64,000 bases of DNA, from the NCBI RefSeq assembly GCF_018977255.1, contig NW_024704743.1, positions 103,914,001 through 103,978,000 on the forward strand, read 5' to 3'. A program made the translations under genes and the position numbers. This stretch comes from Callorhinchus milii (lineage: Eukaryota). The notes below the pieces were generated by a model. It saw nothing but the letters and a program-made list of their open reading frames with translations, was not told where the DNA came from and did not search any database. Positions 23,232 through 37,029 of the stretch are shown in pieces. Position 1 is the stretch's first letter. Each line of letters begins with the position of its first letter.

Positions 23232-24349
23232 AACAGCCTTTGCTAAAGAATATACTCTCACAGACAAGAAGCAAAACACTGACTAAAAAGGGGAAATTAG
23301 ATATTATGTGCAAAAGAGAAGAGGGTAATTCTGAAATGTGACTTTAAATGTCAGGGCCTATAGACAAGATCATGGGAATGCCTCTCTGAAATAAGTCATG
23401 ACATATTCTGTAACATCACAATGTATGTAGAAAGCCAAGTCTCTCAACATAAGAGAGCAAAAGGACTCTTCTCTATCTGGTGAACTTGAAAATCCAAGAA
23501 CACAGTCCCGTGCTACTGCTTGCCTTGCCTGAGGATATGGCACTTCATCACTGAGGTGCTCTCACTCCCACAGTAGGAGGAGGATGCATCAAAAGACAGC
23601 GACTATGATCACGATCACGCCCATGCAGGATTACAAGGAGTTGAGATGACAGAGCTTTACCTTTATACTTATCAAACTGAGAGGATTAACAGAAATGCCA
23701 GTGGGTTACATGTTCATTTGCCCTACGTGAAGCTGGTTGAAAAGTGTTCCCAACAGGTTTTGGGATGTATTATCCCCATTGAATGAAGAGGATAGTAATA
23801 GTGCATGTAATGAATAAAAGCTCTGGTCTTTCATCATTCAATAACCTCGACAAGCGTCTATTGCGGAATCAAGAATGATTGAGGTAATAGAGGAGGGAAT
23901 CTTCTGAAGAGCACTTATGATGGGTGAATTAGAGTTACAGATTTAGTAAATAACTATTTCAAATAACACAACTATAGGTGAAAAATGCATTTCGGTTTTC
24001 ATTCTCTACTCAGAAATCCAAAAAGTTTAATAAATGCAGCTGACATTATTGTCAAATCCAAACGTTCATCGTTAGATAAATCTAAGGTTGTTACTGAAAT
24101 ATGGAGCCTAATATAGGAACTAAAGCAGAGGTAGCAGAAATGGGTTACTACATACAGTATAAATCAGTATACACAGAGTTAAATTCAGGCAAAGCCCAAG
24201 TTGGCAGGAACAGCGCAAAGTATTGTGGTTTTATGTTATCTGAGTAAGAATAATGGACAATTATCCTATGAGGGGCCAATTAGGTTGATTTTAAGTAAAG
24301 CCTCTTCTCCCAGAAGATAGAGATGTGGACATGACATTCCATTAGATGG

Positions 24350-24779
24350 TGTTATGACCAGTTCAAACAAAGAGGCTATGGGCAGGAACCAGTTTGTTTG
24401 GAATATAGTTCTTGGCCTAGAGAAAGAGGGAGGAGTCAGAACTTAATGCTTACGGCTGGGTATATGAGTTCACGAATGTTAAGGGAGGTGGTTTGGAAGA
24501 GATTGCTCACAGGCTTCAGATGGGATAGAGTTGAGTTAGTCAGCTGAGTGTTCAGTTCAGCGAAGATGTAGTTTGAAACTGTATAGCTCTGCTATTGAGA
24601 AAGAGAGAGAGAGCAGTAGTGAGTTTAAGAGTGAGAGATTAAAGCTGTGCTTTTAAAGTGACAGACTGCTCTAAATAAAGAAATCTGAAAGTCTAAAGCT
24701 ATCCTATAAAGTAAACAAAGGAAAGACTAGTTTGTAGCAGACTGAAAGAGAGTGAGTGAGAGAGAGAATTCGAGTAACA
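24350..24779 (+). mobile_element. Possible solo LTR
   Basis: TGTTA...TAACA termini, 430 bp, purine-rich composition unlike the flanks, AATAAA at 24674; no TSD found. Confidence 0.3.
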
Positions 24780-25052
24780 ACACCTTAAGTTTAAAATACC
24801 TGGAAACTCTCAGGAAAGAAAAACAATGCCTGTCAAGGTATCCGAAGAGGAGGTCACAAGAGACCAGAAACATAAACAATGCACCATCATAATGCCAGGC
24901 AATCCTGCAGAGAAAAGGTGTTTCTGGTCATCCACTTAATGTTCGTATGGCCATTGATTATATCCCCATGGGGTTAATATTGAAGAGTACAAGTGCCATT
25001 TGTTGCAAGAGTAGATGGACTTCAATTATTTTGACTGGACAACAACAACTTA

Positions 25053-25215
25053 ATGATCCTTGCATTTTATATAGTGCTTTATCACGTCTTCAAGACGTCT
25101 TAAAGTGCTTCACAGAATATACAGTGAATTGACTGTATATTTTGTGGGCGAAACGTGGCAGCCAATTGCGTACAGCAGTGTCCCACAAACAGTTATGGAT
25201 TGAGTGCCCAAATAT
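25053..25215 (-). mobile_element. Young tRNA Deu SINE, 3' half
   Basis: atccttgcatt...ttatcacgtcttcaagacgtc...gcagccaattgcgtacagcagtgtcccacaaac. Confidence 0.8.
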
Positions 25216-26431
25216 TTTTTTTGAGGGATTTTTGCATTTATGTAACGCCCTTCACGGCACATGGGGTCTCAGAGCGCTTAACAGTGACAGAACCAATGCT
25301 GAGCCAGAGACATTTGTATTGAAGACGAACATTTAAAATGTTATCAAATAGTTAACCATTCTGATTTAAGATTAATCCTGGAAAATATTATGATATTGGC
25401 CTCCAGTTAAATAATTGTTGCTTGAATGTTTTTACCCTTCAATGCTTAGTCACAGCAATCACTTTTATTTATTATATTACACTATGACTATTCAGGCTTT
25501 GGAGAGTAAAGAGTTACTACCTGTCTAATTGTCTGTTCATATTGAAAAAATAGAGAGTAAAGCTATCAGTCGTTAAACTCTGGACAAGTGGAAAGTTTCG
25601 GCTTCAGTCAATGTAGAGACCATTGGTTTAAAAAAGACAAGCTTTCTAATCCTACATCTCTGATGCTAAATTATGATAGTTCTGATTTTAAACTAAATAC
25701 AAAGTCAAATAAATTAAATTGATCTGAATGGAAAATTATTTGTCAATAATAAATATCCCTGTATTTGATATAGCGCCTTTTCACATCGGGAGGACATCTC
25801 AAAGCACATCACAGGATTTACTATAAAGGATAGTAACTGTATTTCGTTAGTGAACACCTACATTTTTGGACATTTTGAAGCCACTTAATTTAATAATCCT
25901 GAATTGAAAATAACAAACCCTTAAAGTCAGGTAAAAAAAAACCTATCCCAAAGACATTTGCTATGTGCATTTGGTAGCTTTCCACAACAAAATACAACCA
26001 CTGCACTTTACAGTGAATCATGTGAAGCTCTTTGAGAGTTCACAAGTGATAAGGTGCTATACCAACTGCACAAATTACTATTATTATTTTCTTTATATAG
26101 TGAAGATCATTTCTTTTTCATGACTCATATTCCAACACAAATATACATCTTTCAGATCAATAAGTATATTAGAAATCAGATTGAAATCACCAAGCTCCGG
26201 GAACCAATCACCTTTTTCCCTTGGAAAGGAAAAGCCAGTTTTCCTGGTATCATGTCCAACAATTCCTCAAATAAAATGTGTGCAATTGTATGGCCACATT
26301 TACCAACAAATACACAGTAACCCCATTTCACAGTAATTCCTGTGAAGCACTTTGAGATGTCTCTTCCGACAAGATAAGGAACTACGTTTACTGCCATTTT
26401 ACTAAATGTATGGATTATAATTAAAATATAA

Positions 26432-27080
26432 TATAAAAAAAGGCCTTCCACCACCTCCGCCACATTGCCAGTCTTCGATGTACCTTACCCCATACGCAGC
26501 CGAAACAATCATCCATGCGTTCGTCACCTCCCGACTCGACTTTTCAAATGCCCTGTTTGCCGGTCTCCCCAGCTCCACCATGTACAGGATCCAGCTGATC
26601 CAAAACTCCGCCGCCCGTATACTCACTCACACTAAACTCCGTACCCCCATCACACCAGTTCCAGCCAGGATCCACTGGCTCCCTATCGTCAAACGGATTG
26701 ATTTCAAGATCCTCACACTCATTTTCAAATCTCTTCATGCCCTGGAACCTCCCTACCTGTCCGACCTGCTTACCCCCCAACCCACAACCCGCTGCTTCCG
26801 CTCGACTAGCTTTGGCCATCTGCATGTGCCTCGTGCCCTCTGTTCCACCATTGGTGGCCGTGCTTTCAGCCACTTTCAGCCAAAACTCTGGAACACACTT
26901 CCTCTATCTCTCCGTCTTGTTCCTTCCTTCCCCATCTTCAGGTCGCACCTGAAAACTTTCCTCTTTGACCGTGCCTACAGTCACCCCCCTTCCTGCTGGC
27001 TCAGCATTGTGTTGCGCCACTGTTAGTGCTCTGGGACACTACCCTGTGTGAGGGTGCTATATAAATGCAAGTTGTTGTTG
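26432..27080 (+). mobile_element. L2-clade LINE, 5'-truncated, open ORF2 C-terminus, 14-bp TSD
   Basis: 182-aa uninterrupted ORF 26478-27026 (AFVTSRLDFSNAL, IQNSAARIL, IHWLPIVKRIDFKIL, HLKTFLFDRAY); (TTG)n tail; TAATTAAAATATAA at 26418-26431 and 27081-27094. Confidence 0.93.
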
Positions 27081-29424
27081 TAATTAAAATATAACATCTC
27101 TTGTTTATGAAGGTGGTTGTCAATTTTTTTTTAAGCTGAAAGAATATGTTCAGAGAGGTGGACTGCAGAAAATAAGCTGCAGAGCTCAAAAGCCAGATAT
27201 AATTGAATTGGATAGTTTTTTTTGATTATAATAACCATTTTTTGATAGGTAAGTTGTTTTTACCACAATTGGTATATTTCTATTGTGGTCTTTTATGATG
27301 TCCTGTATTGTAAAAAGAAGATACATTAGTTGGTTGTTTTACATGATTGCTGTTGTAGATGAATGCATTATGAATTATATGAAATTTAGATGATTTAAGT
27401 CTCACTTATTATGGTGCGAGAGGTTGGGGTGGGAGAGGGGGGAATCCCGTAATTGGGAAAAACGACAAGAGAGAAAAGAGATAAATACAGAGCATCTGAT
27501 CTTTATGTAGATACTCATTTTTTAAAAAAAAAGATATATGTTTAAGTGTAAATCAGATTAGATGATATAGTTCCAAATGAGACAGTCCAAAATATTAGTC
27601 TGGTTGATGTGTCTATGAGGAAGACTTTGCCTCAGGCCATGTCTCAGACTTCAAGTAAAAATATCTGTCTAACGTCAGAGCTTGATCCTCCTTACCTAAG
27701 TCAATGATCTTACTGAATGAATTATAGTGTCCCAATATTCAGTTCTCAATCCACTTCCTTCTTGGCTCCACATGGAGAGCACACATCAATCCGTCTATGA
27801 CTTAGTTAGATCAGCTCAGTGTATAACAGCCCTCATTCAGTTTGAGGTGACCCACAAAACTGCCTTAGATAATGTAGATATTGCTGGATCCTGCAGTAGG
27901 CATTGCTTGGTTGGTCAATAATAGAATAATTATTACCACCCCCTGGACATGAACTGTACCTTAACACAGTGTTTTATTCTCATACCCAGAATTTTATTCC
28001 ATCAGCCCTGATATCCAGCAACAAGCCTAAGACTGGATCCTAAACAGCGTAGTTTGCAGCTTCTCTTTATTCTTACTACTACTGCTGATAGTTAACACCA
28101 TCTCTTCTTCACCAATAAGCACCAGGTCAAATATGCATCACTCATTTTTGTTTAAAATCCCAACCTATTTTGATGCATATGAAAATACATCACGTGCTTG
28201 CCCACAAATATAGTTACCGCAATTTACAGTATAATCCCATGAAGTAGTTTATGGCATCCCCCTGATGTGGAAGGTGCTATGTGAAATGTAAGGGTAATTG
28301 TTATTCATTTATATTTAAGAGAGTTTACTGATCCCTATTATCATTCCAAGCGGTTTCCCCAGGTGGCAGCTGTATGCTTCTTGCCTTCTTTGCATTCACT
28401 AAAGGACCTCTTTTAAAAAATCGCAATCACTCATTGTGACAACACCGGGTTTAAAGAAAGTGTGAGTTTGTTATGAAGCTAGTGCTACAGATAGAGATTG
28501 TTCAGCCTACATACATACTGTTACTCTTCTAGACTAAAGACATCAGACTTTATATCATCTAGCGCAGTATTTCTTCAATATTTAAAACTGGATCTACAAA
28601 GATATGAATATTGTATGAAATAATCCACCAAAGCCAAATCCCCCGAGTCAAACTTGTAAAATTGTCTATTTTTCCTCTCGACGGTAAATAACTCATTTTA
28701 AAAGAAACCTTCTTAAGTGAATGGGAAGGAAGTGAGGAGCATGGATTATTTGGCATCCCCTGTCTGTATCACTTACATTTCGGAAATCTTCCAGGATCTT
28801 ATCTATGTATTGGGACTATAATAGACAGCGTAATCCACGACTGAAGAAATAACTAAACTAGTTTCTACAGGAACAAAACAAATCAGATTTAAAAAAAATT
28901 ATTTCCACAATTACAATAACAATATGCCATAAAACATATAATCATAATTTGAATATACGATATATCAGGCAAGCTATTCATTTATTTATCAACAACATAT
29001 GTTGTTCATTCATTTTCCTCAGCTCAGCCACTTTCAAGCACATGGAAGTCAGGGGACAAGTGGGTGTGAACTAATGTCCCACCAAGTCTGGAGGTTAGCC
29101 CGCCTGTGCAACGGGTCACTGTTGTTTGCAAACATCCTGTAATTGTAAACATATTTTAATATGTTCAGTTAAATCCATATATTCATCCTCAAAAATCAAT
29201 AATAATTATTTTGTCAAAAATATCTCAATATATATTCAAAGGGTAAATACTTTGAATTAAATGCAGACACCAGAAAGTAATGGCCCCATGATTAATCTCT
29301 ATGTAGACTGATCCCAGAGGCACCAATGTTATTGAACAGCCACGCTCCAAATGTGTCCTCTTGATTGCCATCATCCAATTGTTTAATTTCTACAAAATGC
29401 TGTTGGGCAGAGACAATTGTTGAC

Positions 29425-29516
29425 CCACACACCCACACACACTGACACAGACACGCTGAAACACACACAGGCTGGCACACACACACACACACATGCTGAC
29501 ACACCACATACGCACA
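29425..29516. repeat. Degenerate (CA)n microsatellite with GCTG/CTG interruptions
   Basis: cacacacccacacacactgacacagacacgctgaaacacacacaggctggcacacacacacacac. Confidence 0.8.
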
Positions 29517-30056
29517 TAATACAAAAGTTCTACCTATGAGCCAACATTCTGTGGAAAATTGAGATAAACAACTACAAAGTTGTAATTATACAATCATACC
29601 TGGAATCCAACTCAGAAAGAAAATGCAGTTCTGCTGATTATAAAAATTTCAGTGTTACAAGTTGGTTTTAACGCAAAGCTCAGGGGAATGTGCTGACAAG
29701 TAAATTTTTTGAAAGGTATCATTTTCTAAGGAAGTTATTCTGCCATTATAATGTGCATTACCCAGCCCCCTTCTTGCTTGCCAACCCCATTATTGTTAAG
29801 CGTTCTGGCACATTATTCTATGTGAAAGGTGCTATATAAATGCAAATTGTTATTGTTGTTGAAAACCTCCTTCAGATTTTAACAGATCATTAGAAACAAA
29901 AAGAAAAACAAGTAGCGTGAAAATATGCTGTAGAAATTCTATTTATTGAAAGATGCCATGTGAGATACTGATCATGTAGCTAAGCAGGATTTCTCATTTG
30001 AGGTTGTTTCAAACGAGCTGAAGACAAAACAAAATTTCAGAAGCCAACAGTAATCT

Positions 30057-31100
30057 ACAACAACAACAAAATTACATTTGTATAACGCCTTTCACGTTGG
30101 GAGGACATCCCAAGGGATTGTCAGGGGTTTGAACCCGAACAGTTATGTTAGAATCGGAGGGTGGGGGGGTGGGTGTTGGAGGGCAAGAAGGGCAGAATTG
30201 GTGGCCGAAAGTGCAGTCGAAGAGAAGGGTCTTGTGACCTGCCTAGAAGACGGGAGCGAGGGAAGGAAATATGGGATGGAGTTCCAAAGGTTGGGTAGAA
30301 AGGCTGAAGGGCCAAATGCTGATGGTGGGGCGGGCCAGGTCGTTGACATGGAGCAGGCCAGAGCCTGCTGAGGGGAGGGAGTGGATAAGTTGATATGGGG
30401 TTAGCAGGTCACAGAGGAAGAAAGCAGCAAAGCTGTGGAGGCCTTGAAGGCAAGGATGAGGATTTAATTTGTATCCTCAAGGGAATGGGGAGCCAGTGGA
30501 GGCCAGGCTAGGGTGGGGGTGATGGGATCACGGTGCCTGGTGCAGGAGAGGACATGAGTTGCGGAGTTCTGCAGCTTGTGGAGGTAAGAGTTGGGAAGGC
30601 TGACAAGCAGGGAGTTGGAGTAGTCGAGCTTAGATGTGATGAATGCGTGGATGAGGGTTTCAGAGACCTGAGGGTGAGGCAGTGGCAGAGCTGGCTGATG
30701 TTTGCGAGGTGGGAGAAGGCAGAACAGGTTATGGCATGGAGGTGGGATAGAAGGTACAGTTGAGGGTCAAACAAGATGCCTAGTTTCTGGACTGGCTCAT
30801 TGAGGTGAAGTGTGCATCGATGGATGATGATGCTGCCAGTGCCTGAGGCATGGAGGCATTGATGGGAATCAATCAGGAGGGCCTCGGTCTTGTTGACGTT
30901 TACAGCGCCTTGGGACGTCCTCCTGATGTGAAAGGCGCTCTATAAATGGAATCTTCTTGTTGTTGTTCAACTGTAGAAAGTTAGCTCTCATCCAGGACTT
31001 GCAGATCCTGGTTCTGGTTCTGCAATCGAAGGTGGAGGCATAGAGATAGAGTGGGTGTCATCTGTATACATGTGGAAGTTGACCCCATGTCGGCATGTAC
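30057..31100 (-). mobile_element. L2-clade LINE fragment (RT YADD region to tail), interrupted at 30901-30967
   Basis: HGVNFHMYTDDT at the right end, FDPQL, LPNLWNSIP, and (TTG)n tail at 30057. Confidence 0.88.
30901..30967 (+). mobile_element. Minimal L2 tail insertion (stem-loop plus TTG repeats) inside an opposite-strand L2
   Basis: cagcgccttgggacgtcctcctgatgtgaaaggcgctctataaatggaatcttcttgttgttgtt; host L2 is continuous on both sides. Confidence 0.8.
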
Positions 31101-31103
31101 ATA

Positions 31104-31679
31104 ACAATAATAATCCTTGCATTTGATATAGCACCTTATCACATCTTTGAGACATCTCAAAGCGCTTCACCGAATATACTATAAAGTGAATTGACTGTAT
31201 ATTTTCTATCCCACAAACAGTTGTGGATTGAGAAACCAATTTATTATTTTTTTCTAAGGAATTATAATAATCCTTCCATTTGATATAGCACTTTTCATGT
31301 CTTCTAGACATCTCAAAGCACTTCACAGAATATGCTGTAAAGTTAATTGACCGTATATTTGTGGACGAAATGCGACAGCCAGTTGCGCACAGCAGTGTCC
31401 CACAAACAGTCGTGGATTGAAGTGACCAATTTATGATTGTTTTTTGTTTTGGAGGGATTATTATTAGGCGTGTGGAGTAAGGGAACTTGCCCAAGGTTTC
31501 ACCCTGTACCCCCAGAAAAACGATCCACTAATCAACTAACGACCGGGTTCCTACTTACTGCTTGGTAAACAGAGGCATGTGGGGTAAGGAAACTTGCCCA
31601 CCGTTTTGCCCTGCCGGGAATCGAACCCAGGTCCCTCGCTTGTGAGGCGAGTGCTCTGAATATTGAGCTGCAGGACTCC
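31104..31679 (-). mobile_element. Composite young SINE (long-type head + short-type body + second 3' tail)
   Basis: Head at 31679; GGGCAAGTT(T/C)CCTTAC occurs twice (~31590, ~31485); two CAAATG(C/G)AAGGATTATT tails (~31265, ~31108). Confidence 0.85.
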
Positions 31680-33541
31680 AAGTCAGTCCTAAGATGTCAC
31701 CAGATCTGAGGTTAAGAATTCTACCCTCGCTTTTTCTTCTTGTCTAGCCATTGACAATTGAGCACTACCACCTGCACACTTGGAGAAAGGGGAGGGGGAA
31801 ACGGGGGGGAGGGAAAGAGACATCCAGCCCAGCAATGGGGTATGTCTTGATAGAACGTTAACAACGAATAGAACAGCTACACATTTGGATGGAGAGTTTT
31901 CTAGATTCTCAAGTGGATCAACAAGATTATCCTGGGCAGTTTATTCAACATGTTGAAGGTGTCAAACAGTACGAGACACAAATTAAAGAAGGGAACTCAG
32001 GTGTTGTGTTTTTAAGCACAAAGAGTTGTAGGCATAATAAATAAGTTACTTGTGAAGGCTCCCTGATGGAGGAATTATTATAATAATAACTGATATGGTG
32101 CATTTTATGTAGGGAATATGTCTCAAAGCATTTCACACAATTTACTGAAAAGTAATAATATCAGATCCTTACCTTTTGATATAAGCACCTTTCGCATTGG
32201 GTAGATGACTCAAAGCAAAGTTACTGTTTATTTTGTAGGATGTCCTCTCCAGCCACCAATGTCTGCTAGATGTGTGGAGCTTCCTACAGCCACAATCTCA
32301 CCTCACAGAAGCTGAAACTTTCACGACCATCTTAGCAGAGTTCTAGTGGGTAATCGCAAGACCATTCTGGATACCTATTATAAGACTGTCTCTTGAAATC
32401 CTATTGTGAATGCCACAAATTGGACCCAAACGAGAGCAACAAAATGGATTTCCAAAGAAACAAGTAATTGGTGGGAAGGTAGGCATAGTAGATGGAGTTG
32501 AGAACTATCAGAAACTAACTGTGTTGGGGCCTCTAATGACCTTTTCTTGCCCCAAAAATTCCTGTTTTCATGTCTGCTTTTATCTCACACAAATAGAGTC
32601 TCGATGAGGAGAGGCTAACTGTTTAAAAATGGATAATGTTAAAGATATTTTACTGGCTGGTGGGATTTTGGGCTGTCTTTGTTTACCTTTATCACTGCAG
32701 CAGTCTTGAACGTGGAAAATCAGGCGCATCGGCAATTACAGCCACCACATCACCCAGTTAACACAGTACACCCACCCCAACAGTAAACTATGCCACTTGT
32801 GTGAGTGCACACAACAAGCTAGCATGCATGGGGAACAGCAGGTAACACAGTTGGAAAAGCAACTCCCCACACATTCAGAAATCTCCCAGATGTTTCCAAA
32901 CTATTAATGACAATGTGTAGCTAAGCACATCATGAAGTGATTTTAGACACATATAAAAACAAACAGCTGAACAGTATAATGGCACTTTGTTTTCACAGTT
33001 ATTTGGGCTATTTGTTTTTGATTTAGTGCTGTTGTAGAACCCTGATTATTTGGCCTTTCTCTAAGCCACACAAAATCTAAAGGAAAGAAATGTTTCTGTC
33101 ACTCTATCTTTCAAACTGAATTCACGCCTGAGCAGCTCCAGATACGCTGTTAATGATGCCATCTATTTAAAGGGAACTGGATGTTCAAATGGGGAAAAAA
33201 AGCAATAGGTTTTGAAAGCAGTTCAGACCAGGGTTGCCACCTTATAGGCATTTGGGTCCAACATATGGTCTAAATTAAGAGATCATTAGTCAGACATGCC
33301 ATTGGTGGTTCCCCCTCCCCCTTCCTCAACAACGTTCTCACTGTCAACATCCTGAAGCATATTCATCTTCCAGCTCATGGATTACACCTTCTGACTGCGA
33401 ATTTGTGGGATCAGCGTTGAGGATAGTGTTGGGTGGGTGGGTGGGTGGCTGGTTGGTGATGGGGATGGGGGAGGGGAGAATCCACCTCCAGGCCATCTGT
33501 GCAATTCATTATCGAATCTTGAAGAATCTCTTCATTTAGAT

Positions 33542-33827
33542 TGCAGGTTAAAAATGTTGGGCAAGTTTCCTTCCTCCACACACATGCCTCTAGCAGTAAG
33601 TAGGAACCCGTTGTTAGTGGATTGGCAGATCGCTTTTCCAAGGGTAATAATTCCTTCAAAAAAAATTGGCCACGACTGTTTGTGGGACACTACTGTGTGC
33701 AATTGGCTGCCGTGTTTCTCCCTCCAAATATACAGTCAATTAACTTTACATTATATTCTGTGAAGAGCTTTGAGACGTCTCAAAGATGTAATAAGGTGCT
33801 ATATTAAATGCAAGGATTATTATTATA
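33542..33827 (+). mobile_element. Young tRNA Deu SINE, long subtype, head missing
   Basis: gggcaagtttcc...agcagtaagtaggaaccc...gactgtttgtgggacac...aaatgcaaggattattattat. Confidence 0.85.
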
Positions 33828-36800
33828 AGCAGCACAACACCTGTTTAATTAAATTTTACAAAATCTGCCATTTCTTTTTTCGAGGCTTTTTTTTACGTGG
33901 CTCAATTTTCCATCTTGTTATAACTACTGCAGGTCTAATTCTATTGATGAGTTAACGGCATTAGCTCTTGGGCATTTACAGGACACCTTGCTGCCAACTG
34001 AAATCAGTTGCACATTTTATTTGATAGCCTATACTTAGAATGAATAATTGGCTAAAGGGAACATAGTTTGATATGGGGTGGGAATGGGTGGGGGATATCT
34101 AATAAGACGTTCACTGTGTATTAATTCTCAATCTCTGCTGGTCCATGGCCAGCACTCTCACTATTTCCATTCAAGGGAAGCTGTAGGATATCAACCATAA
34201 ATTGTGCATTGTGGAAAAAATAAATGGAGCAGGCTTTTCTTATTGTTATTTAACATCTGGACATTATTTTCTATAATATCAATGTTACTAACTGGTCAGG
34301 AAACATATTATCCTGAGGTGCTTCTTAGCATTGCATCCAATGAAAAAAACACAAGAATTGGTTACAGGATTAAACCTACACCCGGCACAGTGAGGTTTAA
34401 GAACAAAGGAAAGAACCAAATCAAAGAGTTGGTTTTCCCCTAAAATAAATCTCTAAATAAACCAACATTTTTCTTTACATATTTAGCAATGCAGTGCCAT
34501 CACACTACTCCAGGCACTTATGAGGATAAGAAACCATAACTAACTTGGTAAAAAAATGTTCTGGAAGTTATTAAATTGAGAAGCCCTGGACAAAAAACAT
34601 TTCCATTTCCATAATTTAATCAGAAACATATTTATTGGTACTAAGAAACAAAGATGCAAAACTAACACTAAAGTGATTTACTTAAAAAGAAGAATTAGTA
34701 AAATATGTGCAACAAAGAAACAGAGAAAACATCTGGTCCTCGGTCACAGAACTCGCTTTGTACACAAATGGACTTCTTTTCCTGCCATGATGAACTTCCT
34801 AGATTTTTTTTTGATTTATAAGTGTCTAAATTAAAAGGATGATACGAGAGGAAGATGAAGTGTCTGTCCCGCATTCTGCAAATCCAGATGGAAGGATTTA
34901 TCCATCTGTTTAACACATAAAATGTTTTAACTAGTCCTTAAAGCATGAACAGATAGATAGTTTGGAAGACAAGACATGGACCAGTGCTTCCAAATTTACA
35001 ATATGTATAATCTTTAAACATAAAAAACACTTTTTTTTTAAACCTTTACCAGAGTTGTATTTTACTTCATGCTCACACTGATCCTAGTTATAGTTCACAT
35101 GGGCCAGGTCAACTGATCGAGACTAGGTTTCGTGCCCAAATTTGGATACAATATCAACTTAAAGGAATGTGTTAGATCATAACAATGAGAATCTGGCTAA
35201 AGCTGGTAATACACTGCTCATTATTCTTTGGTGATTTACTAAGCATCTGGCAGTGTTTTCACATGATATGCAATGCTTATTTCCCATAAACAGCTTCACA
35301 ACTGGAGGATATTGTGTCAACGTAACATTCACATGATCGAGACCCTGCAAAATCTCTCACTGTGCCATGTCCGATGTGAACTGTTGATAGGGTTTCTTGT
35401 CTGTCTTTTCAGTCTGTTCATTAGAATAAATGAGGGTGTGGGGTGGGGGCAAAGGATGATATTTTGCTAATTTTATTTCGGCAAGAGTACTTCTTTTTAA
35501 AGAAGAGGAATAACATGATCTTTTAAAAATCAAGGGATAACATTCTAATGACTGCAGGGTCTTATTGATATCTAGAACATACAATTGTTGTCAAACTCCA
35601 CCGTTGTTAAGCACTCCAAGATGCTACCCCAGGTGGGTGTTGGTGGGGGGGTTTCGCTATATAAATGCAAATTGTTTTTGTATTTGTTTATATGTATCAT
35701 CCACTACAAATAGTACTCAAAAATCTGGTCTCCCCAGTTATGTTGTGTCACAATGATTTGCCTCCTTTTAATGCAATAGTTTCCTCACCTATTTCCTTCA
35801 TTACCTTACATTTCAATCTCATAAATGTATTTGGTTATTTCAAGTTCTGTCTTTATGCCCCTCGGTACGCACACTATTCAGCAACCAACAGAGCAGATAT
35901 ACAACCTGCTTCCAGGACTTTGGATGTGCATGTAAACACATCAGATTCGCAAGCTAATTGCTCCTCCTTGGCCTGTTAAGCAAATGTTTAGTGTCTGGTC
36001 ACAGAGTCCCTATTGTAATCCAGCTAAGATTAGTAACTCAGCATCTGGGAAAATCATCACCCTGAATTTACATCTAAGCTTCCTTTGACAGACCAGGTCC
36101 CAATTGCACTGCCCTGTTGGATTACTTAACTAGTCAAACTTCAAAACTCATTTTGCAGTGAGATTACACCATTAATGAAATGATGGCTCAGTGTGCAAAA
36201 TAACTGTTACTAACTATTCCTTTGGTTGAGACACTAAGCCAAGGTCCCATCCTCCTATTCAGATATACTTTAAGGATATCATGACATCATCTCATGGTCT
36301 CCTGGCCAACAATACTCCGGATAATTGATTATTCACTTCATGGTTCTTTGTGGAACATTGTTATATACAAGTTGGTTGCCAGATTTACCTACAATTTCAC
36401 TTTGACATCAATTTCTTGTGAAGAGCTTTGAGATGTTGAGATTTATTGGCAATGTATTGTTTTCATTGATATTATTAAATGGGCTCAATGAGATTTTCAC
36501 ACTACAACAACTTGCATTTATATAGCACGTGGAGTAGCATCTTTGAGTGCTTAACGGTGGCAAACTTCGACACTGAGCCAGGGAGAAAGGAGAAGTGACT
36601 GTAGGCATGGTTGAAGAGAAAAGTCTTCAGGTCTTGAAGGCAAAAACAGCAGCCAATCTGTGCATAGCAATGTGCTACAAATGATCATTAAGTGAATGAC
36701 TCATTTTATATTGAAGAATGTTGGCCAGGATACCAGGGGAAACTCCCTTCTCTTTTCGAATAATGTCATTGGATTATTAACAGGCAGGTAGGCAGGACCT

Positions 36801-37029
36801 TGGATTAATGTTGCATCTGAAGGATGTAAACATATTATATAAAATATGGGATCAGAGATGGAATATCAGAAGATTAGCATTTAAATGACTTTATAAATGC
36901 TCCGAACTTTTTTCGGACCTCATGAAAATCATTCAAATAAGCCTGTAACACATAACTATGCTTAATGTCCTAATTTTTCTTCATATTCCTTGTTGATAAG
37001 CAGTGTGCTCATTTGGAACTCAATGATGC

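Noticed and set aside
22664..23341. 225-aa ORF as a functional gene (likewise 6227-6910, 10091-10696, 26478-27026)
   Set aside because: Truncated L2 ORF2 fragments lacking the endonuclease and most of the RT, with frameshifts in most
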